Shown: positions 29,842 through 37,497 of the stretch, piece after piece
Layout: each line of letters opens with the position of its first letter
Numbering within the stretch: position 1 is the first letter of the stretch
NCBI GenBank assembly: GCA_965202625.1
Contig: CBDBBI010000010.1
Coordinates: 1,312,001 to 1,376,000, forward strand
Direction of reading: 5' to 3'
Length of the DNA stretch: 64,000 bases
Source: a bacterium
GTDB taxonomy: Bacteria > UBA8248
Program-made: the position numbers and the translations under genes
Notes under the pieces: generated by a model
Databases searched by the model: none
Told to the model about the DNA's origin: nothing
What the model saw: the letters and a program-made list of their open reading frames with translations, nothing else

Positions 29842-31041
29842 ATGATGGCGAACAGGATAAAACGCATTTACGACATATCGCCGCGCGATGCGGCGGACAA
29901 ATGGGCGCTTGGCCTCGCCTTCTTCCTGGGCGCGGGCGGCGCCTTCGCGCTCAAGCATTTAGGGGCACCTCCCCTTCTCGTCATGTTCTGGTCCGCATCC
30001 ATTCTTCTGGCATACGTGGCTGTCGCGTGGCTGCTCAAGCGCCTTCAGATTGAGGCGGAGACCATCGGGGACAACTGCTACTACCTCGGCTTCGTCTTCA
30101 CGCTCGCGAGCCTTGCCGGCACGCTCCACCTGCTTGGGTGGACCGAGGGGAAGGCTGACGCGATCCGCGACGTGATCTCCGGCTTTGGCGTCGCGCTCAC
30201 CTCGACCATCCTGGGTATCGTGCTGCGGGTATTGCTCATCCGCATGCGTCCTGACATCGTTGCCCGTGACCGTGAAGCCCGCAGAGAGCTTCATTTCGCG
30301 GTACGCGATTTTCGGGTAAACCTGTCGGCAAGCCTTACCGATCTCAAGCACTTTTCCGTCGAGACCGTGCAAGTCCTCTCCGAGCAGCGCGAGGAAATCC
30401 GCGCGGCGACCCGGGAGACCATCAAGGCGCTGACGGCAAGCATTGAAGAGCAGACGAAAATGGCGGGCGACGCGCTCACCGCCGCAGCCGACAAAACCGC
30501 GAAAGCAATTACCGGCGCGCTGACGAACGCCGCCTCCTCGCATGAGGAAATCCGGGTGACGACCCGGGAGACCACCAAAGCGCTGACGGCAAGCGTTGAA
30601 GAGCAGACGAAAATGGCGGGCGACGCGCTCACCGCCGCGGCCGACAAAACCGCGAAAGCAATTACCGACGCGCTGACGAAAGCCGCCGCCTCGCATGAGG
30701 AGTTTATCGCGCAGGTCGCCGGAATGCGTGAAGCCGTCGCCGACCTTGCGCGAAGGGAGTCCGAAATCCTCAAAACGCTCGTGGAGGACTCGACAAGCGT
30801 CTCCAGAGAGAGCGACAAGATGCAATCCGCGCTCGCGCGGCTCGCCGAGCGTCTTGAGGCGGTGTCGGCCAACCTCGACGCGGCGGCGAGCCGCGTTTCG
30901 GGTGAACTCGAGCCCGCTGCGAACACCATGGTGAGCGCGGTACTCGACGCGGGCGAGGCAATCCGCAAAATGACCGCCCAGGGAGCGCGAAGGGCCCCTT
31001 TCTGGCGACGGCTGCTGCCCCCCTGGCGGCGGCCCCGCTGA
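29842..31041 (+). CDS. Zorya-like operon gene 3: ZorA/MotA/TolQ/ExbB-like membrane subunit with a long helical tail
   Basis: N-terminal TMs with YLGFVFT and GFGVALTSTILG (MotA/TolQ channel signature), then about 260 aa of Ala/Glu/Thr-rich helix containing a tandem repeat. Confidence 0.75.
   Translation: MMANRIKRIYDISPRDAADKWALGLAFFLGAGGAFALKHLGAPPLLVMFWSASILLAYVAVAWLLKRLQIEAETIGDNCYYLGFVFTLASLAGTLHLLGWTEGKADAIRDVISGFGVALTSTILGIVLRVLLIRMRPDIVARDREARRELHFAVRDFRVNLSASLTDLKHFSVETVQVLSEQREEIRAATRETIKALTASIEEQTKMAGDALTAAADKTAKAITGALTNAASSHEEIRVTTRETTKALTASVEEQTKMAGDALTAAADKTAKAITDALTKAAASHEEFIAQVAGMREAVADLARRESEILKTLVEDSTSVSRESDKMQSALARLAERLEAVSANLDAAASRVSGELEPAANTMVSAVLDAGEAIRKMTAQGARRAPFWRRLLPPWRRPR
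30391..30696 (+). repeat. Intragenic tandem repeat, 2 x 153 bp (51 aa)
   Basis: EEIRAATRETIKALTASIEEQTKMAGDALTAAADKTAKAITGALTNAASSH and EEIRVTTRETTKALTASVEEQTKMAGDALTAAADKTAKAITDALTKAAASH; units start at 30391 and 30544. Confidence 0.95.
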
Positions 31042-31058
31042 GGAGGAGAGATCAGGAG

Positions 31059-32867
31059 ATGGCGCGCGATTCGCTTGCAGGTTTCACATCGGAAATCCAC
31101 TACCGGCGCGGCGCGATCATGGGGCTGACCGTCGCCGAAGCCTTCATGCTCGTGGCCTTCGCGCTGTTAATGCTGCTCGTGTTCTGGCGCCATGAAATAG
31201 AGGATGAATACAGGGAGGCCCGAGAACTCACCGAGCGCTTCTCGCCCGAGGAGCGGGCGGCGATAGCGGACCCGACGTCCAGGGACGCTTTGCTCGTATT
31301 GCTCGAACTTCAGGAGAAAAAATTTCACATCCAAAAAACGGCCCAGGCGCTCCTCTCAGGCGCGGTTCCCGTGGCGTCCGTTCGCCTTGCGGAACTGGAA
31401 ACCCGCGCCCGTCTCGTGGAGGAAGGCGTGCTCCGTCAGCTCGTCGAGGCCGCAGCTGTTTTGCCGCCGGAGCACAAAAGGACGCTCTCTCACCTCGTCG
31501 CGCTTCCCGACGCAAAGGAAACGATCGAGAAGATCGCTGCGCTTCAAACCGTGCTTCAAAAACGGCGCGCCGATGAGATCGCGGACGCACTCGCCCTCAA
31601 GGATTCCTCCAAACCGGACGCGCAGAAGATCATGGCATCACGGAAAAAAAAAGACGCCCAACTCCGCCGGCTTTTTGAAAAGGCAGCCCACTTACCGCTG
31701 GAGCAAAGGAGTAAACTTGCGGATTTGACCGAGCGCTTCCAATCCGGAGAACGGAGCGTCGATGAGGTCATGGACGCGCTCGCACTGAGGGATAACCTGG
31801 ATCCTTATGGTGAATACAGCAACGAGGCGCTGAAAAAAATAATTCAAGACCTCCGTGCTCAGGGAACGCGCGCGCGAAGCCGACTCGCTGAGGAGAAACA
31901 GGCGCGGAAGCGCCTCCTCGCCGACCTGCAGACTCAGCTCGGCGCCCAGATCGCTCAGGTTGGCGGGCGCATAGAGGCTACGGGCAAAATCGTAGTGCCC
32001 GATACGGTTGTCTTTACCATGGGGCAGGACGAAATCCGCCCCCGGGCGGCGCGCTTCCTCGGTGATTTCTGCCCACGCTGGCTCGCTACACTCAAAGAGT
32101 CCCGCTCAAAAAACGACATCGCCGAAATTCGGATCGAAGGCCATTCCTCCTCAGAGTGGACCAGCGCGCCCTCCCCGCGAGAGGCCTGGCTCCGGAACCT
32201 CGACCTCTCGCAACGACGCGCGCAATCCGTGCTTGACCGGTGCCTGAACCTCGTCGAACGGAGCACACTCGGCTCATGGGCGCGCGGGAAGCTCACCGCG
32301 GTCGGCTATTCATCCTCGCGGCCCGTTCTTACCGATGGCAGCGAGGACCAGCGCCTCTCGCGGCGCGTTGTTTTCGGAACGGAGTTCAGCCGCGAGAGGC
32401 TGCTCAAAGAGATTCGAGACGACCTCGGAGAAGAAGATCGGGACTACAGGAGACTCGAGGGTGTCGCTCGCGTCAAGGACGCGGACACCATCGAAATTCG
32501 GGGCCGTAGCATCCGCCTTGATGGGATCGATGGGCTCGAAAAAGATCAAATTTGCGAGCGGCCCAACGGAAGTGAATGGCCTTGCGGGCGGGAAGCGAGC
32601 CGCGCTCTTGCCAAACATCTGAACGGACGTTCGGTCGTCTGTGAAAAACTGCGTCTCGACCTCCGACGCTACAACGGACGTTGCCGAATAGGCGATGAGG
32701 ATTTGAACAGATGGGTCGTAAAAGCGGGCTGGGCGTTCGCCTACGTCAAGTATTCTAAGGATTACCTCCAGGAGGAGAAAGCGTCCCGCGCAGCCCGACG
32801 CGGTGCCTGGATGGGCAAGGTCGATCCTCCCTGGGAATGGCGAAAAACAAAGCGCACTGGCACCTAG
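31059..32867 (+). CDS. Zorya-like operon gene 4: ZorB/MotB-like protein (TM, helical stalk, OmpA-like peptidoglycan-binding domain) fused to a C-terminal thermonuclease (SNase) domain
   Basis: TM LTVAEAFMLVAFALLMLLVFW; OmpA-like EIRIEGHSSSEW, NLDLSQRRA, AVGYSSSRP, SRRVVF; SNase VKDADTI, IRLDGIDGLE, GWAFAY, ARRGAW, PWEWR (about 32451-32867); strong RBS. Confidence 0.85.
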   Translation: MARDSLAGFTSEIHYRRGAIMGLTVAEAFMLVAFALLMLLVFWRHEIEDEYREARELTERFSPEERAAIADPTSRDALLVLLELQEKKFHIQKTAQALLSGAVPVASVRLAELETRARLVEEGVLRQLVEAAAVLPPEHKRTLSHLVALPDAKETIEKIAALQTVLQKRRADEIADALALKDSSKPDAQKIMASRKKKDAQLRRLFEKAAHLPLEQRSKLADLTERFQSGERSVDEVMDALALRDNLDPYGEYSNEALKKIIQDLRAQGTRARSRLAEEKQARKRLLADLQTQLGAQIAQVGGRIEATGKIVVPDTVVFTMGQDEIRPRAARFLGDFCPRWLATLKESRSKNDIAEIRIEGHSSSEWTSAPSPREAWLRNLDLSQRRAQSVLDRCLNLVERSTLGSWARGKLTAVGYSSSRPVLTDGSEDQRLSRRVVFGTEFSRERLLKEIRDDLGEEDRDYRRLEGVARVKDADTIEIRGRSIRLDGIDGLEKDQICERPNGSEWPCGREASRALAKHLNGRSVVCEKLRLDLRRYNGRCRIGDEDLNRWVVKAGWAFAYVKYSKDYLQEEKASRAARRGAWMGKVDPPWEWRKTKRTGT

Positions 32868-33108
32868 CCGCTGTTGCGCTCCCCCGGCACAGCGCATCCG
32901 TGCGCGTGGACCTCCAGCCCCGTTCCATGCGCATTCTTTCTGATAGCGGACAGTTTGAAGACTATGCCGGCACCAGCCAGCATCTGGGCAGCGACCTTGA
33001 AAGGCAAGGGGAGACGAAGATTACCGTTCAGTTACGACGAGAATTCGCTTCCGTGAGGAAGGCCGTCAACATCCGTTGATAGAATAGCCCATGTCGCGCC
33101 GTGCGGCG

Positions 33109-33762
33109 TTAGAAGTATGGTCGCGTGGCCATCGCGAGCGACGCCTGGATATGCTCCCAGACGACCTTGGACATCGCTTGTCCAATGAGGTCCATCTTGC
33201 GCACCTGTTCGATGCGCTTGGTGGCGCTTTCCAACTCGCGCTTGGACAGCAACTTGGAGAACAGATCGCAGGCGTCGGCGAGACAGATGATGACGATGTC
33301 TCGCGGGTCGGGTATTTTGTCGCTAAACAGCACTTCCAATATCCTGAGCTTCACCTCGCGCTCGGCCTTGCCGTCGATGGTGGGGTAGCGCCGCGACTTG
33401 AACACCCACAAGAAGCGGTTGTCCTCACAACGCAAGATGCCGCGATCGACCAGACGCGCGAGTGCGATTTCACGAATCTCGCTAGAGTAGTCGGCGGTGT
33501 TCTCGACCCAATAGCGGCTGTCGTGGATCTCGGACGACTCAGAGATGCGGGCGAGGGTCGTATCGAGCAGATCGTCATCAAGCGGCGTCGCGTCAATGGT
33601 GATGAGTTTTTCCAGGTCTGTGTCGATGCGGTTCTCAAGCGCGAGATCCATCAACACCGCGCCCGCAAGCGCAAAGCGCATCGACCATACGGGCACCTGG
33701 ACGAAATTCCCGCTCTCGTCATCCAGAGTCAAGAGCAATATTTCTTCCGCGAACCTCAACAT
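33109..33762 (-). CDS. GPP34 / GOLPH3-Vps74 family protein
   Basis: AEEILLLTLDD; LAGAVLMDLALENRI; LVDRGIL...FLWVF..RYP. Confidence 0.8.
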   Translation of the reverse strand: MLRFAEEILLLTLDDESGNFVQVPVWSMRFALAGAVLMDLALENRIDTDLEKLITIDATPLDDDLLDTTLARISESSEIHDSRYWVENTADYSSEIREIALARLVDRGILRCEDNRFLWVFKSRRYPTIDGKAEREVKLRILEVLFSDKIPDPRDIVIICLADACDLFSKLLSKRELESATKRIEQVRKMDLIGQAMSKVVWEHIQASLAMATRPYF

Positions 33763-33975
33763 ACTACTTTCTCTCCAACCGGCGGCGACTGCGCGCGCAT
33801 CGCGAATACATGGAAAAAGACGACCGATACATCCAGCGCGCCTGCCCTAGCCTCGTTCTCTCTCTCAACGCTCAGCGGATCCTGATTATAAGATGCATTA
33901 TATCTTCTCATATCTTCGCCTTGACGAATGCACGCTATCATAACCGCATCGGACCTGCAAGGGCGCCTGGAGTCG

Positions 33976-34083
33976 ATGCAGCCGGACAAAAATAATTGCG
34001 AACGGCTCGTAAAACGGCCGTGCAAGGGCGTTGCAAAAGTCCCTCAAAGCAGGCCATCAAGCGTGATGGCGGCGAGGGCGTCC
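33976..34083 (-). repeat. Dispersed intergenic repeat, copy 2 (reverse orientation, internal deletion)
   Basis: The reverse complement matches 12156-12296 but lacks the segment between gagccgtt and cgcaat. Confidence 0.88.
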
Positions 34084-34172
34084 GCATCCGCCGCGCGCGC
34101 GATGTCGGGATGCGCGGAAAAGCGCTTCTCTCCTCACTCGATGAAACCGCTCTTCCTCTTTTCTTTTCTCCC

Positions 34173-35222
34173 TCAGTCGGAGATGACTTCCTGAATGAAG
34201 CGCTCGGCAACGGCGCGCCAACTGAAAGAGGCCGCGCGCGCACCTCCGCGGCGCCCCAGTTTTTCGCGCAGTTCCGCATCCTTCAACAGATCAACCAGCG
34301 CGTCGGCCAGGGCAGCCGCCCCGTCATCCGGCGGCAGGAGAACGCCGGCGTCGCCCACGATTTCAGGCGTCGCCGCGACCCGCAGGGCCACCACGGGCAG
34401 ACCCGCCGCCATGGCCTCCAGGAAAACGATGCCGAAACCCTCCTGTAAAGAGGGAAGACAGAATATATCCGCCGCCGCGTATTCACGGCGCACGGCCTCA
34501 TCGTCCGGAAGCGCGCCAAGAAGCGTCACGGCGTGGCCCAGCCCCAGGCGATGCGTCTGTTTTTGCAGGAGGTTGAAATTCGGCCCGCCACCTACGACGC
34601 GCAGCCTGGCCTCTGGGACGCGGGCGAGGACTTTCGGCATGGCGCGGATCAGGCTCCTTGTGTTTTTTCTGGGATATTGCCTCGCCACCGAGAGGATGGT
34701 GTGGCCCGACGACCTCCTCATCCCCCTTACGCGCTCCCAATGAGGCGGATGAATCCCGTTGGGCACGACGCCCACCTTCTCCGCCGTCAGACCATAGGCT
34801 TCGCAGGCCACCCCCCGGCTGTATTCGCTGGTGACGATGACCTTATCGGCGCGGCGCGCATTGGCGCGCTCCAGATGGGCGAGGACGCGCAGATATTGAC
34901 GCGGCGCCCCGCGCTCGAATCGCATCTCATCGGACGCGACCCCGTGCAGATAGACGATGAAGGGCGCCCTGACGCTCAAATCAAAGCCATCGATATCGAA
35001 ACCCACGATGAGGTCGAAACCATCAAGCGGTACCCGCTCCTTCAACTCCAGGTTATACAGGAGCCTTTGAAGGAGAAGGCTCGCTGCGCGCTCGTCGGGG
35101 CCGACGATCTCCACCGTATGCCCGTTCGCCTCCAGCCCTCCCGCAAGACCCGTTATGGCCGCCGCCGTGCCCGACCCTCTCGCCGTATTCAAGGTCCAGG
35201 AGTTCAGAAAAGCGATCCGCAA
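34173..35222 (-). CDS. Glycosyltransferase family 4
   Basis: VVPNG; RQYPRKN; PSLQEGFGIVFLEAMAAG (ExxxxxxxE); TTG start. Confidence 0.9.
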   Translation of the reverse strand: MRIAFLNSWTLNTARGSGTAAAITGLAGGLEANGHTVEIVGPDERAASLLLQRLLYNLELKERVPLDGFDLIVGFDIDGFDLSVRAPFIVYLHGVASDEMRFERGAPRQYLRVLAHLERANARRADKVIVTSEYSRGVACEAYGLTAEKVGVVPNGIHPPHWERVRGMRRSSGHTILSVARQYPRKNTRSLIRAMPKVLARVPEARLRVVGGGPNFNLLQKQTHRLGLGHAVTLLGALPDDEAVRREYAAADIFCLPSLQEGFGIVFLEAMAAGLPVVALRVAATPEIVGDAGVLLPPDDGAAALADALVDLLKDAELREKLGRRGGARAASFSWRAVAERFIQEVISD

Positions 35223-35237
35223 ACTTTCTTCTCCCCC

Positions 35238-35266
35238 AAAAGAAAAGAGGGCGCGGCTCCGCGCCC
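35238..35266 (-). terminator. Rho-independent terminator after the pterin dehydratase gene
   Basis: Minus strand GGGCGCG-GAGC-CGCGCCC followed by TCTTTTCTTTT. Confidence 0.6.
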
Positions 35267-35290
35267 CCCTTCATCACAAGAATGTGCTTC

Positions 35291-35623
35291 CTACAGCGCT
35301 TGATCCGATTTGGCCGCGAAGACGAAATCACTCTCCGTCAAGCCGTCTATCTTGTGCGTCCAGACGGTGATCCTCACCTTCCCCCACGCCAGATAGATGT
35401 CGGGATGATGCCCCTGCGCCTCGGCCATCTCGCCTACGCGATTCGTGAAATCAAGCGCCGTCCTAAAATCGGGAAAGCGATATTCCTTCTCCAAATGATG
35501 CGCATCCACCACGCGCCAATCGCCCCCCAACTGCTTTTGCAGGGCGGAGAGCGCGTCTCCTTTCAAGGGTGGAACGCCGCCTTTGCATGGGACGCATTCT
35601 TTGGCCGCAAGATCGCCGCTCAT
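35291..35623 (-). CDS. phhB: Pterin-4-alpha-carbinolamine dehydratase
   Basis: CVPCKGG; EAQGHHPDI; WTHKIDGLTESDF. Confidence 0.92.
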   Translation of the reverse strand: MSGDLAAKECVPCKGGVPPLKGDALSALQKQLGGDWRVVDAHHLEKEYRFPDFRTALDFTNRVGEMAEAQGHHPDIYLAWGKVRITVWTHKIDGLTESDFVFAAKSDQAL

Positions 35624-35694
35624 GGGCTTACTCCTCTATGAACAGAAAAAACTGTATATCCCCACAACAATAACGCCTCATCATCGCGCCTTTT

Positions 35695-35985
35695 TCAAAA
35701 AGCCGCAAGAACGCGCAAGCCCCCCTTGAGGGAGGACAAGACGTCTCGGGCGCACTTCTCCATGTTGGACGCGGCCTTCTCCGCGCTCAGGTTCCCGAAG
35801 TGAAAATCAATGGCCATGCCCCCAAAACCCATCTTTTCCTGTTGCGCAAGAATGCCCGACGCAAACCTTTGGCCGCGCGCGCGATGAGCTGCGGCCTGTG
35901 GGCGATACGCTCCTGGCCGTCGGGCCTCCCGTGTCAAAGCGCCATGAAGGGTTCTCTCTACTGCGGGCGCGCGTCTGGTCATCAT
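35695..35985 (-). pseudogene. Degraded C-terminal remnant, probably of an LLM oxidoreductase
   Basis: QQEKMGFGGMAIDFHFGNLSAEKAASNMEKCARDVL resembles LLM C-termini. No intact N-terminus. Confidence 0.4.
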
Positions 35986-36033
35986 CCCGCCCGATGCTCT
36001 CAGGAACGCGCAAAGAGGGGATGACTCCCATTC

Positions 36034-36936
36034 CTAGGAGACGGTGGCATCGACAAAGCGCATGTTCACCGCCCGATCGTAGGAAACGCCCGTTTTTATC
36101 AACCCGCCGCTCAGACACGCGGCTCGCAGCCATGCAAAGCTCTCGCGCGTCAAGCGGGGGTCCTGGTTCCAAATGCCCATTTTCTGATACCGCGCGATGG
36201 ATTGGGACAAAAGCCTGAAGGGAACGTCCTCAAAATAGGGCTTCACGCACCGGGCGACTTCCTCCGAGTCGCACTCGGCGAGCCAGCGCCCCGTCTTGCG
36301 CATGGCTCTCGTCATGCCGAGAGCGGATTCGGGATGCTCTCGCAAAAATACGGCTGTAGCGTAGAAAGCCGTATAGGTCGTCAAACCCCGACTCGCCGCC
36401 GCGTACCAGATATGGCCCGCGCCTTCCTGAACCATCTCTTCCACAAAAGGCTGAAACGTCTGGATGACGTCCACGTCTCCAGAACGCAGAGCCTCGGCGT
36501 TCTCGCCCATCGTCCGCTCCGGCGCCCTGTCCACGTCCTTCGGGTGGAGCCCGGCCAAGCGCAAATCATGCTGAAGGCACATCCAGGGGGTAGGCACCTC
36601 GCTGACCGCCGCGATCCTCCTTCCCATCAGATCGCCCACCTGAAATTCCGAATTCGGCGTCCTGGCGACGAGAAAAAACGGATCCCGGCAAACGACCTCG
36701 CAAAAAATCTTCAAGTCGCACGCAGGATTTTGATCATGCGCCACCATGACGCGCATGGGTCCGCCCCAGCTGACGTGGGCGGTGCCGAACATCAGCAGGT
36801 TCGCTGTTCGAGAGGGGTCAGGCGACGCCTCCAGGGCCACGTCAACGCCTTCCTCCTCATAAGCTCCCAACGCGAAGGCGGCGTAAAACGGCGTGTAAAA
36901 AACAGCGCGGAAGTTCTCAAGCAAGATAATACGCAA
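36034..36936 (-). CDS. NMT1/THI5-like ABC substrate-binding protein (no signal peptide visible)
   Basis: FYTPFYAAFALGAYEEEGVDV; GDVDVIQTFQP. Confidence 0.8.
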   Translation of the reverse strand: MRIILLENFRAVFYTPFYAAFALGAYEEEGVDVALEASPDPSRTANLLMFGTAHVSWGGPMRVMVAHDQNPACDLKIFCEVVCRDPFFLVARTPNSEFQVGDLMGRRIAAVSEVPTPWMCLQHDLRLAGLHPKDVDRAPERTMGENAEALRSGDVDVIQTFQPFVEEMVQEGAGHIWYAAASRGLTTYTAFYATAVFLREHPESALGMTRAMRKTGRWLAECDSEEVARCVKPYFEDVPFRLLSQSIARYQKMGIWNQDPRLTRESFAWLRAACLSGGLIKTGVSYDRAVNMRFVDATVS

Positions 36937-37147
36937 ACAAACCTCCCGATAAACTCGGAACGACCCGGCTCAGCCACCCGCCTCCGCGCTCAAAATCGCC
37001 CATCGCGCTTCCTCGTACGTCAGGTGGATTTCCTCCGCGCGCCGAGCCGCGCACCGTGATGCCCCGGAACGGCTTCCTCCCGTTGCCGTTCTTGCCGGTG
37101 GGCAGTCAAGCGCATACCAAACTCTCATCCGTCCATCTCGCGGCGTA

Positions 37148-37249
37148 TTCTGCCGACACAAAAAATTCACTTCTGCCGACACAAAAAATTCACTGAAAAT
37201 GAGGGCTTCATCCCGCCATGTTCCACGATGTTCCGCCATGTTCCGCATG
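37148..37249. repeat. Intergenic tandem repeats: 2 x 23 bp and about 4 x 10 bp
   Basis: ttctgccgacacaaaaaattcac twice (37148-37193); tcccgccatg, ttccacgatg, ttccgccatg, ttccgcatg (37211-37249). Confidence 0.85.
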
Positions 37250-37497
37250 GGAAAAACGCCACCTCCATATCCGCCAGCAGAGATGCGCCCTCAACCCAAA
37301 GAGACGAGCCGCGCCATCCAGACACTGAATCTATGCCAAGCCCACCTTGGATATTCCGATGTTCTTTTGAGCGTCCGGCCCCGGCGTCCATCTTTCCACG
37401 ATGAGATGATCGTTGCCGATTTTCCGCATCCAGAAGAGCTTGCCATATTGTGTCACTACCCGGGCACAGTCCGAATGACAGACATGCTCTATTCGCC

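Noticed and set aside
29842-32867. Flagellar MotAB or TolQR/ExbBD
   Set aside because: No flagellar, tonB or tolA/pal genes nearby; the long A-subunit tail, ZorB-like motifs and nuclease fusion do not fit.
32837-33079. Short ORF downstream of the nuclease fusion as a fifth gene (ZorE-like)
   Set aside because: No HNH or other motif, no convincing RBS or start, and too short. It could be a remnant but cannot be supported.
37148-37249. Possible CRISPR array
   Set aside because: The repeats abut with no spacers and there are no cas genes in the window.
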